DNA of 64,000 nucleotides from the NCBI GenBank assembly GCA_035308565.1, contig DATGGK010000207.1, forward strand, positions 149 through 64,148, in the 5' to 3' direction. Below are positions 51,507-61,100 of the stretch, one piece after another (within the stretch, counting starts at the first letter, position 1; the number at the start of each line of letters is the position of its first letter). A program made the translations under genes and the position numbers. The notes beneath the pieces were generated by a model. That model was not told where the DNA came from. It was given only the letters and a program-made list of their open reading frames with translations, and searched no databases. This stretch comes from Planctomycetota bacterium. Its GTDB lineage: Bacteria; Planctomycetota; SZUA-567; H5-PLA8.

Positions 51507-53965
51507 GGGGCGACTTCAATGGTGAACGTCTGCGGCGCGCTGCTCAGTTTTTCCGTGGACGTCGAGAGCACTTTGTAATTCCCCCAGACCAACGCGGCTT
51601 CATCGACTTTTTGAATTTCGCGCTCGATTGTCGCGCGAACGCTCACCTCAAATTTTCCCGCCGCGTCCGGTTTGCCGCTGAGCGTTCCTGTCGCGGCATC
51701 GAGCTTGAGCCACGCCGGTCCTTTCTCGAGCGCGAACTTCGGCGTTTCCATTTCAAAGAACGCGCGGACCTCCTTCCCATCGACATAGCGCGCTTTCAAA
51801 TCGCCCAATGAGCGATTGGCCGCCGGCTTGTACAAGTAGTCAGCGCCGACACGCGCAGTCGTGACCGGCGCGCTGAAGATCACCGGCCTCGGCGCGGCGG
51901 CGTAATCCGACGAACCACTGCGCTTGCCCTGATCGTCCACGGCGACAACGCGGTAGTACGTCTTGTTCGCATTCGGCAGTTCGACGTGCGGGCCCAGCAC
52001 GGCCAATTCCGTGCCCGCAATTTCGGCGATGAAATTTGCGGGAAATTGCGAGGCAAGTCCCTTCGTCGTCCCCACGTCGCTTTTGTACGGCGTGTCGCTG
52101 ATCGAAAACCCTTTCTCGTCGCTGCCGTAAATGCGAAAACGGACCGGCGCGTTTCCAATGCAATACGGCTTCCAATGCAGCGTGCCTTCGTTTTTGACTT
52201 CATCGAAGGTAAACGTCACCTCGGGATAATACGGCGCGCTGGGCGTGAAGCTCCACGTTTTGCTCCACGCACCCCACACGCCTTTGTCGTTCTTCGCGCG
52301 CACGCGCCAGAAATATTTCTGCTGGGGCGAAAGCAATCCGGCGCTGGGCAGCGTGTACTGCGCTTTGCCGCGGTCGGCGGTGCGCGAAATCAGTTTGTAA
52401 AAATTCGTCGAAAGCGGCCAGGCCATGTCTTCGCGATTCGACAATTCAAAATGATAATCCTTGATCGTTCCGTTTGGCGCCGCCCACTGAAAAACAACGT
52501 CTGTGCCCGTCGCCTCACCGCCGTCGGGCGGATAAATCGCGTTCGGCGGCGCGTCGGGCGGCGTGGAACTGGAACGCTCGATCCAGTGGTGAGTCAATGA
52601 AACTTTGCGGTTGCCGGGCGTCTGGTCGGTGTAAACGAACTCATTCTTCCCGACGATCATCGACGGCAGCAGCAGCGGCGCCATTTGCAAATCGTTGACG
52701 ATGCTCAGGCGCTTAAGCCGCGCGCCGTCGGGAAGCTCGCATTTGACCCGGTATTCGTAGCGCGCGGGAGAATTCGGCGCGAAGAATTTGTCGAGGCTGT
52801 CCTGTACGTCGTCCCACTTTTTTCCATCGGCGGAGATGGCGAATTTCGCGCCGCTGCCTTCAGCATCGATTTTTCCACCGACGATTACATAGGGCGTTTT
52901 GATTGTCCAAACAACCGTCCCCGTTTTGCCCGTTTCAGCGGAAATCTCGCCTTCTTTTTCTTGAACTCCTTCAACAGTTGCCGCGCCTTTGCGCCAAAGC
53001 GCTTTGGAAAAATCCGGGCGATATTCCCAAAGCCCATTGCAAATGGTGTCCGGATAAATCGGCTTATCGCCGTGAAATTTAATCGGATTCAAATGCCCCC
53101 AGCGCCAGATGATCGCTTCGCCCGGGCGCAGCGTCATGTTCATCGTCGTTTTGTCGCCGCAGTTGCGTTGGCCTTTGACTTCGCCTTCGTAGCCGTAGAG
53201 CGCGGCTTCCCATTCGTCGTGCGCACGGTTGTCGTCGAGCGTGATGCCCGACGTGTGCGTGCGGCGAATCAAATCGTGATCGCGCACAATGTCCTGCTCG
53301 CCGGCGATGGTCTCGTTGTCGCGCAGCAGATAGAGCACGTCCTGATCGCCGTCGAGCAGATGCCAGCGGTTTTCATAGAAGACTTGCGTGATGCAATGGC
53401 CCACGCCGCGCGCGGGCGCGGCTTTCAATCCTGCTTTCTGCCAGAGACCGGCGAGGCAGATCGAATCGTTGCCGCACGTGTTGTGGCCGTAGGAATTGAA
53501 CACTTTGATGGGATCGCCAAGTTCATTGTTGTCGCCGCCGGCGTGATAGCGGTATTGAATTTCCTGGAACCAGAGCGCGACGGCCTTTTCCTTGTCGCTC
53601 ATGCCGGGTTTGACGGCGGCGTCGAGCAGTTCGCTGAAATTGCGGAACGTGTTGCGGCCATTCGAAAGCCACGGATTGATGACGTCCGTGTCGCCCACAT
53701 TTTCCAAACGCACGGAGCGGTTCGATTCCCAACTTTGATCCACCACCCCTTCGCGGTTCATGCCGACGCCCAGCGGCGAGCGGCAATTCTGGCCGTCCAT
53801 CGTGCCGCCTTGCGTGACGATGTACGCGTGTTTTCCGTCGGCGATGGATTCGACATGCTGTTTGGGCGCGTCGCCGGGCTGAGTGTTCGCGGACCACGGA
53901 AGCAGCGTGTCTTCGGCGCAGATAGTTAGCGCAAAGATGGATAACGCGAAAAGAATTGTCCGCAC
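51503..53965 (-). CDS. exported transglutaminase-like (Cys-His-Asp core) protein with FN3/Ig-like C-terminal domains
   Basis: The GTG start at 53965 is in frame, with GGAG upstream, and gives VRTILFALSIFALTICA. The core is GHNTCGNDSICLAGLWQKAGL...GHCITQVFYENRWHLLDGD. YFWRVRAKNDKGVWGAWS is FN3-like. The track's extension to 54337 overlaps the next gene and is rejected. Confidence 0.7.
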   Translation of the reverse strand: MRTILFALSIFALTICAEDTLLPWSANTQPGDAPKQHVESIADGKHAYIVTQGGTMDGQNCRSPLGVGMNREGVVDQSWESNRSVRLENVGDTDVINPWLSNGRNTFRNFSELLDAAVKPGMSDKEKAVALWFQEIQYRYHAGGDNNELGDPIKVFNSYGHNTCGNDSICLAGLWQKAGLKAAPARGVGHCITQVFYENRWHLLDGDQDVLYLLRDNETIAGEQDIVRDHDLIRRTHTSGITLDDNRAHDEWEAALYGYEGEVKGQRNCGDKTTMNMTLRPGEAIIWRWGHLNPIKFHGDKPIYPDTICNGLWEYRPDFSKALWRKGAATVEGVQEKEGEISAETGKTGTVVWTIKTPYVIVGGKIDAEGSGAKFAISADGKKWDDVQDSLDKFFAPNSPARYEYRVKCELPDGARLKRLSIVNDLQMAPLLLPSMIVGKNEFVYTDQTPGNRKVSLTHHWIERSSSTPPDAPPNAIYPPDGGEATGTDVVFQWAAPNGTIKDYHFELSNREDMAWPLSTNFYKLISRTADRGKAQYTLPSAGLLSPQQKYFWRVRAKNDKGVWGAWSKTWSFTPSAPYYPEVTFTFDEVKNEGTLHWKPYCIGNAPVRFRIYGSDEKGFSISDTPYKSDVGTTKGLASQFPANFIAEIAGTELAVLGPHVELPNANKTYYRVVAVDDQGKRSGSSDYAAAPRPVIFSAPVTTARVGADYLYKPAANRSLGDLKARYVDGKEVRAFFEMETPKFALEKGPAWLKLDAATGTLSGKPDAAGKFEVSVRATIEREIQKVDEAALVWGNYKVLSTSTEKLSSAPQTFTIEVAP

Positions 53966-54038
53966 GTGGGGTCTCCTTTTTGTTGCGCGTAGCCCACTCC
54001 CTTGCGGTCGCGGCTCGTACTGCGGTTTGCGGCTCGTA

Positions 54039-56156
54039 TTACTTTCCCAAACGAATTGAGTACATCTGTGCGCCCACGTCGCGCGCGGCGGCGATGGTTT
54101 CGGCGTACGGCGTGTCCACGGTGTCAACAAAACCGATCTGGTAATTCTCCTCGTCGTACGTGCGGCCAGTTGTCGCTTCGTCGGCGAATTGAAACCAATG
54201 ACAGCCGACGAACTGTGGGTGCCGCAGCGCGCCGCTGACGTAGTCGCGGTAGATTTTCGCGCGCTCGTTCTGATCTTTGACCGGCACAAGCCCTTCGTGA
54301 AACATGCCGCGGTCGAGCGCGCCGAGATGCCATTCACCGACCATTAGCGGGACCTCGGTGCCGCCGGGAAATTTGAAATCGGCGATGGAGCGGCGGTACA
54401 GATTGTAGCTGATCACGTCGCAGTATTTGGCCGCGGCCTTCGCGGCGCGGTCGTTGACCCACGCGAAGCGGCAGCCGAGGTAAAGCTGTTTGGGCGCGGC
54501 GGCTTTCAGTTCGTCGCGGCAGATTTTGAAATACTGCTCGGCGAATTTCGTGTAAAAGACTTCGAGGTCCGCGCGTACGGCTTTGTTTTTCGCGTCGGGC
54601 GGCGTGCGCTCGGCGAGCAAGGCCTGCCACGATTCATAGTGGCTGCCCCACGCGGCGTTGAGTTTGGCGATGTCCGTGTATTCGGCGGTGAGATCGTCCA
54701 CAAAAACTTTTTTTGCGGCCTGCGTCGCGGGCGAACGCAGCGTGGCGACAGCGAGAGAGATGTCGTCGCCCCACGCGATTTCATTGTCGATGAAAAATCC
54801 GAGGCACCACGGGTCGCCGATGGCGCCAAGCCCCTGCGCGGAATCGCTTTTCTGCTGCGCCACATTTTTGGCGATTGATTCGCGGAAGCTTGGGTCGAAG
54901 ACATCGTGAAACTGGCCCCAGTAGCCTTCGCTGCCTTCGAGAAATTTGCCGCCGGAATGAATTGTGCCGACATAAGGCGTGCGGCGGAGTTTGCAGACGG
55001 CGGGATCGGACCAATTTCCGATCGTGTTCATGTTCCAGCTTCGCAGGCGCGCGTGCGCTTCGTCGCGGAACGCGACGAGCCAATTGTCGCCGAATTTGCG
55101 TTTCAAATTTGCAGAATAAAAATTAAACGCGGTGACGTGGCGGCCCTTGTAATAGCCGTGCAGAGCGTACTGGCCTTTTTCGATGAACGCTTTGAACTCC
55201 GGCAAGTCGCCCGGAAAATTCTGGAACCACCCCTCGCGGTCTTCGGTCGGCGTCGCCGCGTGCGTATTGACGCAGTCGATGCCGTGCGACCAGAAGAGGC
55301 GGCCTTCGGGATCGACGAGCCACCATTTTCCATCGATTTTTTGCGTGCGAAAAAAGCCGGCGGCCTCGAGCGCCGGACCGTCTTTGTATCCGCCGTATTG
55401 GTCCCACGAGGCTGGGCCGGCGTGAGCGGCAAGGTCTTTTGTTTCGGAATCGCGATTTTTTTCGAGTTCGGCCAGCGAGTGCGTTTTGCCGGGCCAATCG
55501 CGGTGGATGTACTGGCCGAAGGTGTCGATAAAGGGGAGAAAGGGTTTTGCTGGAGAGGAAGTATCGAGCTTTGGCGCTGAACCGCCAGTAACGATGCTGC
55601 CGATTTCAAAGCTGTGAATTTCTTTCGGCCGCGTGACGAAGAAGAGCATCTGCGTGACGGCTGCGGAATCGAACGCGGCGTTGTCGGCGGGCATTTCAGC
55701 CGGATATCCGCGCATGCCGAAAAGTTTAACGGGCACGAAATTGGCGACGGGGTGTTTGAATGTGACTTCGATTGCGCCGCTTTGCGCGGCTTTCAGCGCG
55801 ATCGATTTTGTGATGCAATGTTTGGTTCCGTCGGCGCCGGGATTGTCGAGGCGCCAATACACGGTGACGTCGCTGCTGCCGGTGTTTTTGACGGCGGCGC
55901 GAATCCAATTCACGCCGGACAAATCCCACTTTTCGTGCGGCGCTTTGAGCGTCACGCCGGGCCATGCTTCTTTATGATGTGTTTCAATACGCAAAAGATT
56001 CGATCCGGCGGTCGCGGTGGAATCGACAAAAGTGAGATTCGCGCGGTCGAAATTGGCTCCAAATTCGATCAGCGCCGATTCGGCGCCGAGCAGCGGATAA
56101 GAAAAAAACAGCGATAGTGTGAGCGCTAAAGCGCGTGCGGTCAGATAGTTTTTCAT
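54039..56156 (-). CDS. exported glycoside hydrolase-like protein (CBM-like N-domain + TIM-barrel, GH42/GH50 'agarase-like' type)
   Basis: The ATG at 56156 gives MKNYLTARALALTLSLFFSYPLLGA. GKWWLVDPEGRLFWSHGIDCV and HWFQFADEATTGRTYDEENYQIGFVD are patterns I associate with GH50/GH42-like enzymes. The family is not verified. Confidence 0.55.
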   Translation of the reverse strand: MKNYLTARALALTLSLFFSYPLLGAESALIEFGANFDRANLTFVDSTATAGSNLLRIETHHKEAWPGVTLKAPHEKWDLSGVNWIRAAVKNTGSSDVTVYWRLDNPGADGTKHCITKSIALKAAQSGAIEVTFKHPVANFVPVKLFGMRGYPAEMPADNAAFDSAAVTQMLFFVTRPKEIHSFEIGSIVTGGSAPKLDTSSPAKPFLPFIDTFGQYIHRDWPGKTHSLAELEKNRDSETKDLAAHAGPASWDQYGGYKDGPALEAAGFFRTQKIDGKWWLVDPEGRLFWSHGIDCVNTHAATPTEDREGWFQNFPGDLPEFKAFIEKGQYALHGYYKGRHVTAFNFYSANLKRKFGDNWLVAFRDEAHARLRSWNMNTIGNWSDPAVCKLRRTPYVGTIHSGGKFLEGSEGYWGQFHDVFDPSFRESIAKNVAQQKSDSAQGLGAIGDPWCLGFFIDNEIAWGDDISLAVATLRSPATQAAKKVFVDDLTAEYTDIAKLNAAWGSHYESWQALLAERTPPDAKNKAVRADLEVFYTKFAEQYFKICRDELKAAAPKQLYLGCRFAWVNDRAAKAAAKYCDVISYNLYRRSIADFKFPGGTEVPLMVGEWHLGALDRGMFHEGLVPVKDQNERAKIYRDYVSGALRHPQFVGCHWFQFADEATTGRTYDEENYQIGFVDTVDTPYAETIAAARDVGAQMYSIRLGK

Positions 56157-56207
56157 GATTTTGATTCCTCGTTTCAACATACACCTGCGCGCGATTGAGG
56201 GATGCGC

Positions 56208-56264
56208 TATAGTCGCGTTTCGCTTCGCGAAAGACGTGCTTTCGCGGAGCGAAAGGCGACAATA
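56208..56264. repeat. REP-like element, family C (second copy) in a divergent spacer
   Basis: tatagtcgcgtttcgcttcgcgaaag / acgtg / ctttcgcggagcgaaaggcgacaata. It has the same core as 51451-51506. Confidence 0.85.
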
Positions 56265-56274
56265 AAGGGCGACG

Positions 56275-57117
56275 ATGGCTGACTCACCACTCATTCGCGA
56301 CATTTCGGACACAGCGCGCTGGATGGCGGCGTACCGTGAGCAGGAGACATCACGGCCGGATGCGCTGTTTCGCGATCCGCTGGCGGGGCGGCTGGCCGGT
56401 GAACGCGGGCGCGCGATTGCGCAGCGCATGAAGGGGCGCGATGCGTGGCCGTTCACGGCGCGGACGCTGGAGTTTGACGAGGCGATTACGCGCTTCGTCG
56501 CGGCGGGAGCGGACGCGGTCGTGAATCTGGCGGCTGGGTTGGACACACGGCCGTATCGGCTGAAATTGCCTACGTCGATGCGTTGGATTGAAATCGATCT
56601 GCCCGCGATTTTCGCGGAGAAAGACCAGGCGCTGGCGAGTGAATTACCCATCTGCGCGTTGGAGCGCGTGCCGCTGGATTTGGCGGATGTTGGCGCGCGG
56701 CGCGCAACATTCGCGCGCATCGGCGAGAACGCGCGCGAGGCGGTTGTGATGAGCGAAGGGCTGCTCGGCTATCTTACTGAAGAGCACGTCGCCGCGCTGG
56801 CTGACGATTTGGCGGCGGTGCAGACATTTCGGCATTGGGTGTTCGATATGGTTTCGCCTGTCTTGTTGAGGATGCTCAAGCGCACGTTTGCGAAGCTCGA
56901 TATCGGCATGCCGCCGGTTTATTTTGCGCCCGCGGAGGGTCCGGCGTTTTTCGAACAGCACGGCTGGCGCGTCGCATCGGCGCGCTCGCTGCTGCGCGTG
57001 GCCGCGAAACACAAGCGCGTCAATTGGTTCATGCGACTGGTGGCGCGATTGCCCGATTCCCAGGGAAAACCGAGTCGGCAGCCGTGGGGTGGTGTGTGTG
57101 TATTGGAACGGAAATAG
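56275..57117 (+). CDS. class I SAM-dependent methyltransferase (TIGR00027 / LCM family)
   Basis: ISDTARWMAAYREQETSRPDALFRDPLAGRLAG and VVNLAAGLDTRPYRL are hallmark blocks of this family. Confidence 0.8.
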   Translation: MADSPLIRDISDTARWMAAYREQETSRPDALFRDPLAGRLAGERGRAIAQRMKGRDAWPFTARTLEFDEAITRFVAAGADAVVNLAAGLDTRPYRLKLPTSMRWIEIDLPAIFAEKDQALASELPICALERVPLDLADVGARRATFARIGENAREAVVMSEGLLGYLTEEHVAALADDLAAVQTFRHWVFDMVSPVLLRMLKRTFAKLDIGMPPVYFAPAEGPAFFEQHGWRVASARSLLRVAAKHKRVNWFMRLVARLPDSQGKPSRQPWGGVCVLERK

Positions 57118-57160
57118 AGAGGCGCAGTCGCGCTCACTTTACCCAAAGCGCCGCGCGCGT

Positions 57161-57823
57161 TCAACGCCCCGTCCCGCAAAACGGATTCTGCTTTTTCTCC
57201 GCGCCGATGGTTGTGTCGTCGCCGTGCCCCGGGTGAACAATCGTTTCTTCCGGCAAGACGAAAAGCTTGGAGCGAATGCCTTCGACGAGAACTTCTTCGC
57301 CCGCGCCGCCCGGCAAATCGGTGCGGCCAATGCTGCCTTGAAATAGAATGTCGCCGCAATAGAGGTGCGGGGTTTCATTTTTGGGCGCGATGAAATATGC
57401 CGTCCCGCCGGGCGAATGGCCCGGGACGTGGATCGCTTTGAAACTCAAGCCTGCCGCATCGATCACATCGCCGTCGCGCACAAGCACATCCGGCGCGGGA
57501 CCCGTGAGCGAATAGCCGTAGAAGAAACTCAAATTCAGCGTCGGGCGCGCGAGCCATGTCTTCTCAGCTTCGGGCACGTACAGCGGCGCGGCCGGAAAGA
57601 CTTGCTTGAGCGGCGTGAGCGCGCCGATGTGGTCGCCATGACAATGTGTCTGTAAAAATGCGACGATCGACAGACCGCGCGCGTTCAATTCCGCGCGAAT
57701 TTCATCCGCGTTCCAGCCTGGATCGAAAATCACCGCCTCGCGCGAACCCTCATTCCACGCAATATAGCAATTCTCCTCCAAATCGCCGGTGACGAGTTTC
57801 AACGTATTCAGGGCCATGCGCAA
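57161..57823 (-). CDS. MBL-fold metallo-hydrolase (glyoxalase II-like)
   Basis: The metal-binding motif is THCHGDHIG, followed by HVPGHSPGG and a C-terminal HPGHG. Confidence 0.85.
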   Translation of the reverse strand: MRMALNTLKLVTGDLEENCYIAWNEGSREAVIFDPGWNADEIRAELNARGLSIVAFLQTHCHGDHIGALTPLKQVFPAAPLYVPEAEKTWLARPTLNLSFFYGYSLTGPAPDVLVRDGDVIDAAGLSFKAIHVPGHSPGGTAYFIAPKNETPHLYCGDILFQGSIGRTDLPGGAGEEVLVEGIRSKLFVLPEETIVHPGHGDDTTIGAEKKQNPFCGTGR

Positions 57824-57905
57824 TCCTCAATCCAACTCGCGGGCATTGTACCCCAGATTTATGGCGGCTGCTTGCATTCCGAAGCACTCACTCTATACAT
57901 CATCC

Positions 57906-58556
57906 ATGCCTCCCATCTCTCTCAAATGGCTTCGCCTCGCCGCAGCGTTGACGATTGGCGTGCACGTGCTCGGCCTCATCGCCGCCGTCGCCGCCATCCG
58001 CCCGGGCACCGCTGTGTTCCCCGACGCGCAACGCATCGCCCATGTGGGTGCGTCCTGGGCTTGGAAAATCGGCTGGCTGGTGTGGCTGTTTGGCGCGGTG
58101 TCTTTTGTAGTCTTCAATGCGGCTGTCGAGAAGTCGTGGAAACTGAGCGGCGTTTGCGCGCGGTTGGGCGTGTGCATCGGCGTGGCGGCGGCATCGCTGG
58201 ATTGTGTCTTTGATGCGCTGCAAATTATTGTGCTTCCCGAATTCGCGGCCAGCGGGCGCGGTACACAAGTGTTTCTGGCGCTGGCGCGTTTTGCGTCCGT
58301 CGGTGGAATCGTGGTGGCCAATGGATTGTATTCGATTTCTGTTGCGCTGCTGACGTGTGCGTTGCGCGAACAAATTTCACGGTTCTCGCTCGTTTTGGGT
58401 TGGGCCACCCTCGTGACAGGATTGGCATTATCGGCGGTTGGGTTCGGCAGCGACGCGCATCTGCCGGAGATATTCGCGGGGCCAGTCTTCGCGGCGTACC
58501 TGCTTTGGGTTTTCGCGCTGGCATGGAAAGGGCCGCCGCTGACTCCTGACCCCTGA
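57906..58556 (+). CDS. polytopic membrane hypothetical protein
   Basis: The product has multiple hydrophobic helices. ATG 57906 or 57861 is possible. The track start at 57789 overlaps the MBL gene. The C-terminal codons run into the cctgac word repeat. Confidence 0.5.
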   Translation: MPPISLKWLRLAAALTIGVHVLGLIAAVAAIRPGTAVFPDAQRIAHVGASWAWKIGWLVWLFGAVSFVVFNAAVEKSWKLSGVCARLGVCIGVAAASLDCVFDALQIIVLPEFAASGRGTQVFLALARFASVGGIVVANGLYSISVALLTCALREQISRFSLVLGWATLVTGLALSAVGFGSDAHLPEIFAGPVFAAYLLWVFALAWKGPPLTPDP

Positions 58557-58575
58557 CCCCTGATTCCTGACTCAC
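58540..58575. repeat. tandem word repeat (cctgac words) spanning two convergent gene ends
   Basis: ctgactcctgacccctgacccctgattcctgactca covers the stop at 58554-58556 (+) and reaches the stop at 58572-58574 (-). Confidence 0.7.
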
Positions 58576-59057
58576 GGCGCCAGATCGTAAACCGTCACGC
58601 TGATTCCCTTCTCCGCCAATTCCTCGCGGATGACCGGTTCCATCGCTTCCCATTTTCCACCCGCCAGACCGCAACCGATGCGCGGCATGTGGACCGAGGC
58701 TTTTAAACTCGCGGCCTTTGGCGCGACGCGCTTGAGTCCTTCGCGCACGGCCTCGTAGCGAATGGGAGGAACCTTGCCACGGCTGCGGATGTCGCGCTGG
58801 CCGATCAGATTCGCGACCCAGATTGTCGATTCGACCTGCACGAATTGGACCTGCCCCAATTCAAACGGCACGTCCGTCTCCTCGCCGCGATGCCACGCGC
58901 GGTAGCGCGCTTCCGGCTGCGGCCATTTGCGAGAAAGGGCAAGCACAAATCCGCGGCCCCATCCGCCGATGTCGTTGCAGACGTGGACAATGATTTTCGC
59001 GCCCGCGCCCTGCGGGCTGGTGGCGTCGCCGATTTTGTAGGTGATCGGTATGCTCAT
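58572..59057 (-). CDS. macro domain protein (ADP-ribose binding/processing)
   Basis: 161-aa ORF. GDATSPQG..AKIIVHVCNDIGGWGRGFVLAL and MPRIGCGLAGGKW match macro-domain glycine-rich loops. Confidence 0.75.
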   Translation of the reverse strand: MSIPITYKIGDATSPQGAGAKIIVHVCNDIGGWGRGFVLALSRKWPQPEARYRAWHRGEETDVPFELGQVQFVQVESTIWVANLIGQRDIRSRGKVPPIRYEAVREGLKRVAPKAASLKASVHMPRIGCGLAGGKWEAMEPVIREELAEKGISVTVYDLAP

Positions 59058-59102
59058 GCGCTAGCGTGGGCCGTTCGAATTCTTCGACTTTCGACTTAGC
59101 CG

Positions 59103-61100
59103 TTACACCAAATTCCCGTCCGCGTCGTCGTTGCTTCCGCGGCCGTAGGCGCGCAGGAGCATCGCGCGTTCGGCGAATTCGCGTGCCTTCGCGTACATTT
59201 TTTCGCTTTCCAGATGCACGGCGATGTCGTCGATCGTATCAGGGTCGGTGAAGAATCGCGCGGGGAGCATTTCCAAGTATTGGAGCGAGGCGCGGTCGTC
59301 GCCTGCTTCGCGGCAGGTGCGGTAGAGATAAAAATAAGCCACGTCCCGCGCGTCGCCCGGGCCGTCACGCGCGACTTCTTTCAAAATGTCGATCGCTTCC
59401 TTGAAGCGCTGCGTTTCGGCGAAGACGCGCGCGAGGCCCAGCTTTGGCGCCGGCTGCACGGGATCGAGCTGCCGCGCCTGCTCGTAATACGCCTGGCTTT
59501 CGCGGAAGTTGCCGGTGAGCAGTTTGATTTCGCCCAGGTAATTGTACGCTTCGGCTTCGGCAGCGGGCGGCACAAGATTCAGCGCTTTCAGGAAAAGCTT
59601 CTCCGCTTCGCCCACGTCTTCGGCGTATAGTTCGAGTACGCGGCCCAGCGCGATCAGCGCCTGGCCGTCCTTGGGGAAGAGCGTTTGGATGTGCCGGATC
59701 AGCGCCAGCGCTTCCGTCTTTTTTCCAGCTTTGATCAGGGTGCAAACGCAATTGATCAGCGGCAGGCTCGACGTGGTGTCGAACATCGCTGCGTCCTTAA
59801 ATGCTTTCAGCGCGCCGATCCAATTGTCTTTCGAGAAGCAGACGATGCCGTCCATTAACAGTTGAACCATGCGGTCGAAGGTGGGTTTTCGCATCTCCCA
59901 TTTCTCGCGCCAGGCATCCGCTGTCGTGGCGTGGCGTCCGCGCTCTTCCAACAGCAGCCGCAGCAGCAGCGAGAGCGGTTCGCCCACATCGTCGCCAAAG
60001 CGCTCCCACACGTCGAGCGCATCCTCAATCAGGCGCCGCTTCGCTTCGCGGTACACGCGCCCGCGCCGGCAGCACGAAGAGACTTCGCCCACGTCCGCGG
60101 TCGGGTAGCGGAAGATGCCCATCTCCGCCCATTGGTGATACAGGCCTTCCGAGAAGTAGCGTGGCACGTCGGCGGGCGTGATGTGCCACGTCGCCATTCC
60201 AAAAAATGCCAGGAATTGCGCCGCGCGCCGGAGCGTGTCGGTTTCGTACGACAGCATGCCGTCGCGCGCCAGGCGTTCGAGCAGCCGCGCCGTCTCGGCG
60301 TATGCGCCGCGCTGCATCAGCCGCACGGCCGCAAGCAGCGCGCCGCCGCCGCGCACATACAACGGACGCATCTTTTTCCACCACGCGCTGAAATTCTCGT
60401 GCGCGCTGAGCGTGTGCGAACGCCCCGTCAACACAGCCAGCGTTTCGTGCGCGTCGGCGGCGAAGACTGAACTCGGATCGTTCAGCGATGCAATCAGCGC
60501 GTCGATCAGCGCGATGTAGGAGCGCGCGTACTCGTCGAGTTCCTCGCTGGTGACGCGGTCCAATTCGGTGTTGAGCGCTTTCATGCGCAGCGGCGCGCGC
60601 AGGATCGCATGGCAATGCATCAGCGCGTGCAAATGCGGGAAGCGCTCGTAATCCGGTGGGAGCGGATCAAAGGGCGACTGGCGCTTGATCCAGTGCACGC
60701 CGGCCAGCGCGGTCAGCCAGCGCCGCGCGGACGCCTCGGCACTTTTTGGCGGACAGACCGGCAGCCGCTTGAGAATATCCAGCGCGCGCAATTCGTCGCC
60801 GCGCGCAATCGAAGCCGTCGCCGACATCAGCGCGTAGCGATCGTTTTTCACGTCGGAGAATGCATTTTTAACCAGCCGTTGAAAGCGATGCCGTTCCATC
60901 AGCGCGCGCACAATCGGGCCGAGGACCATGTACATCGCGCTGCACAGCCAAATGCTCCAATAAGGAGTCGAGTAAGGCGCGGAATTCCATGGAAAATAGC
61001 GCAGACCGACGATAGCAGTGGCGGCGAGCACTGAAATCCGCACGGCCAGCCCAAGGATGCGAATCGAGACGGGGGTGACGTGCGACGCTTTCCAGAGCAT
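59103..61100 (-). CDS. membrane-anchored TPR-repeat protein
   Basis: It has N-terminal TM helices. The C-terminal half has repeated TPR-like A..Y..A/G patterns (EAEAYNYLGEIKLLTGNFRESQAYYEQARQLDP...). Confidence 0.7.
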   Translation of the reverse strand: MLWKASHVTPVSIRILGLAVRISVLAATAIVGLRYFPWNSAPYSTPYWSIWLCSAMYMVLGPIVRALMERHRFQRLVKNAFSDVKNDRYALMSATASIARGDELRALDILKRLPVCPPKSAEASARRWLTALAGVHWIKRQSPFDPLPPDYERFPHLHALMHCHAILRAPLRMKALNTELDRVTSEELDEYARSYIALIDALIASLNDPSSVFAADAHETLAVLTGRSHTLSAHENFSAWWKKMRPLYVRGGGALLAAVRLMQRGAYAETARLLERLARDGMLSYETDTLRRAAQFLAFFGMATWHITPADVPRYFSEGLYHQWAEMGIFRYPTADVGEVSSCCRRGRVYREAKRRLIEDALDVWERFGDDVGEPLSLLLRLLLEERGRHATTADAWREKWEMRKPTFDRMVQLLMDGIVCFSKDNWIGALKAFKDAAMFDTTSSLPLINCVCTLIKAGKKTEALALIRHIQTLFPKDGQALIALGRVLELYAEDVGEAEKLFLKALNLVPPAAEAEAYNYLGEIKLLTGNFRESQAYYEQARQLDPVQPAPKLGLARVFAETQRFKEAIDILKEVARDGPGDARDVAYFYLYRTCREAGDDRASLQYLEMLPARFFTDPDTIDDIAVHLESEKMYAKAREFAERAMLLRAYGRGSNDDADGNLV

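Noticed and set aside
53966-54337. N-terminal extension of the 944-aa track ORF (51503-54337). The extension of 54039-56720 beyond 56156 is a similar case.
   Set aside because: The extensions overlap the neighbouring genes and encode Arg/Ser-rich sequence. Internal starts (GTG 53965 with GGAG, ATG 56156) are immediately followed by signal peptides.
58572-59057. Macro domain protein as the DarG antitoxin of a DarTG system.
   Set aside because: No DarT-like (DUF4433) gene is adjacent. The neighbours are a membrane protein and a TPR protein in convergent or unrelated orientation.
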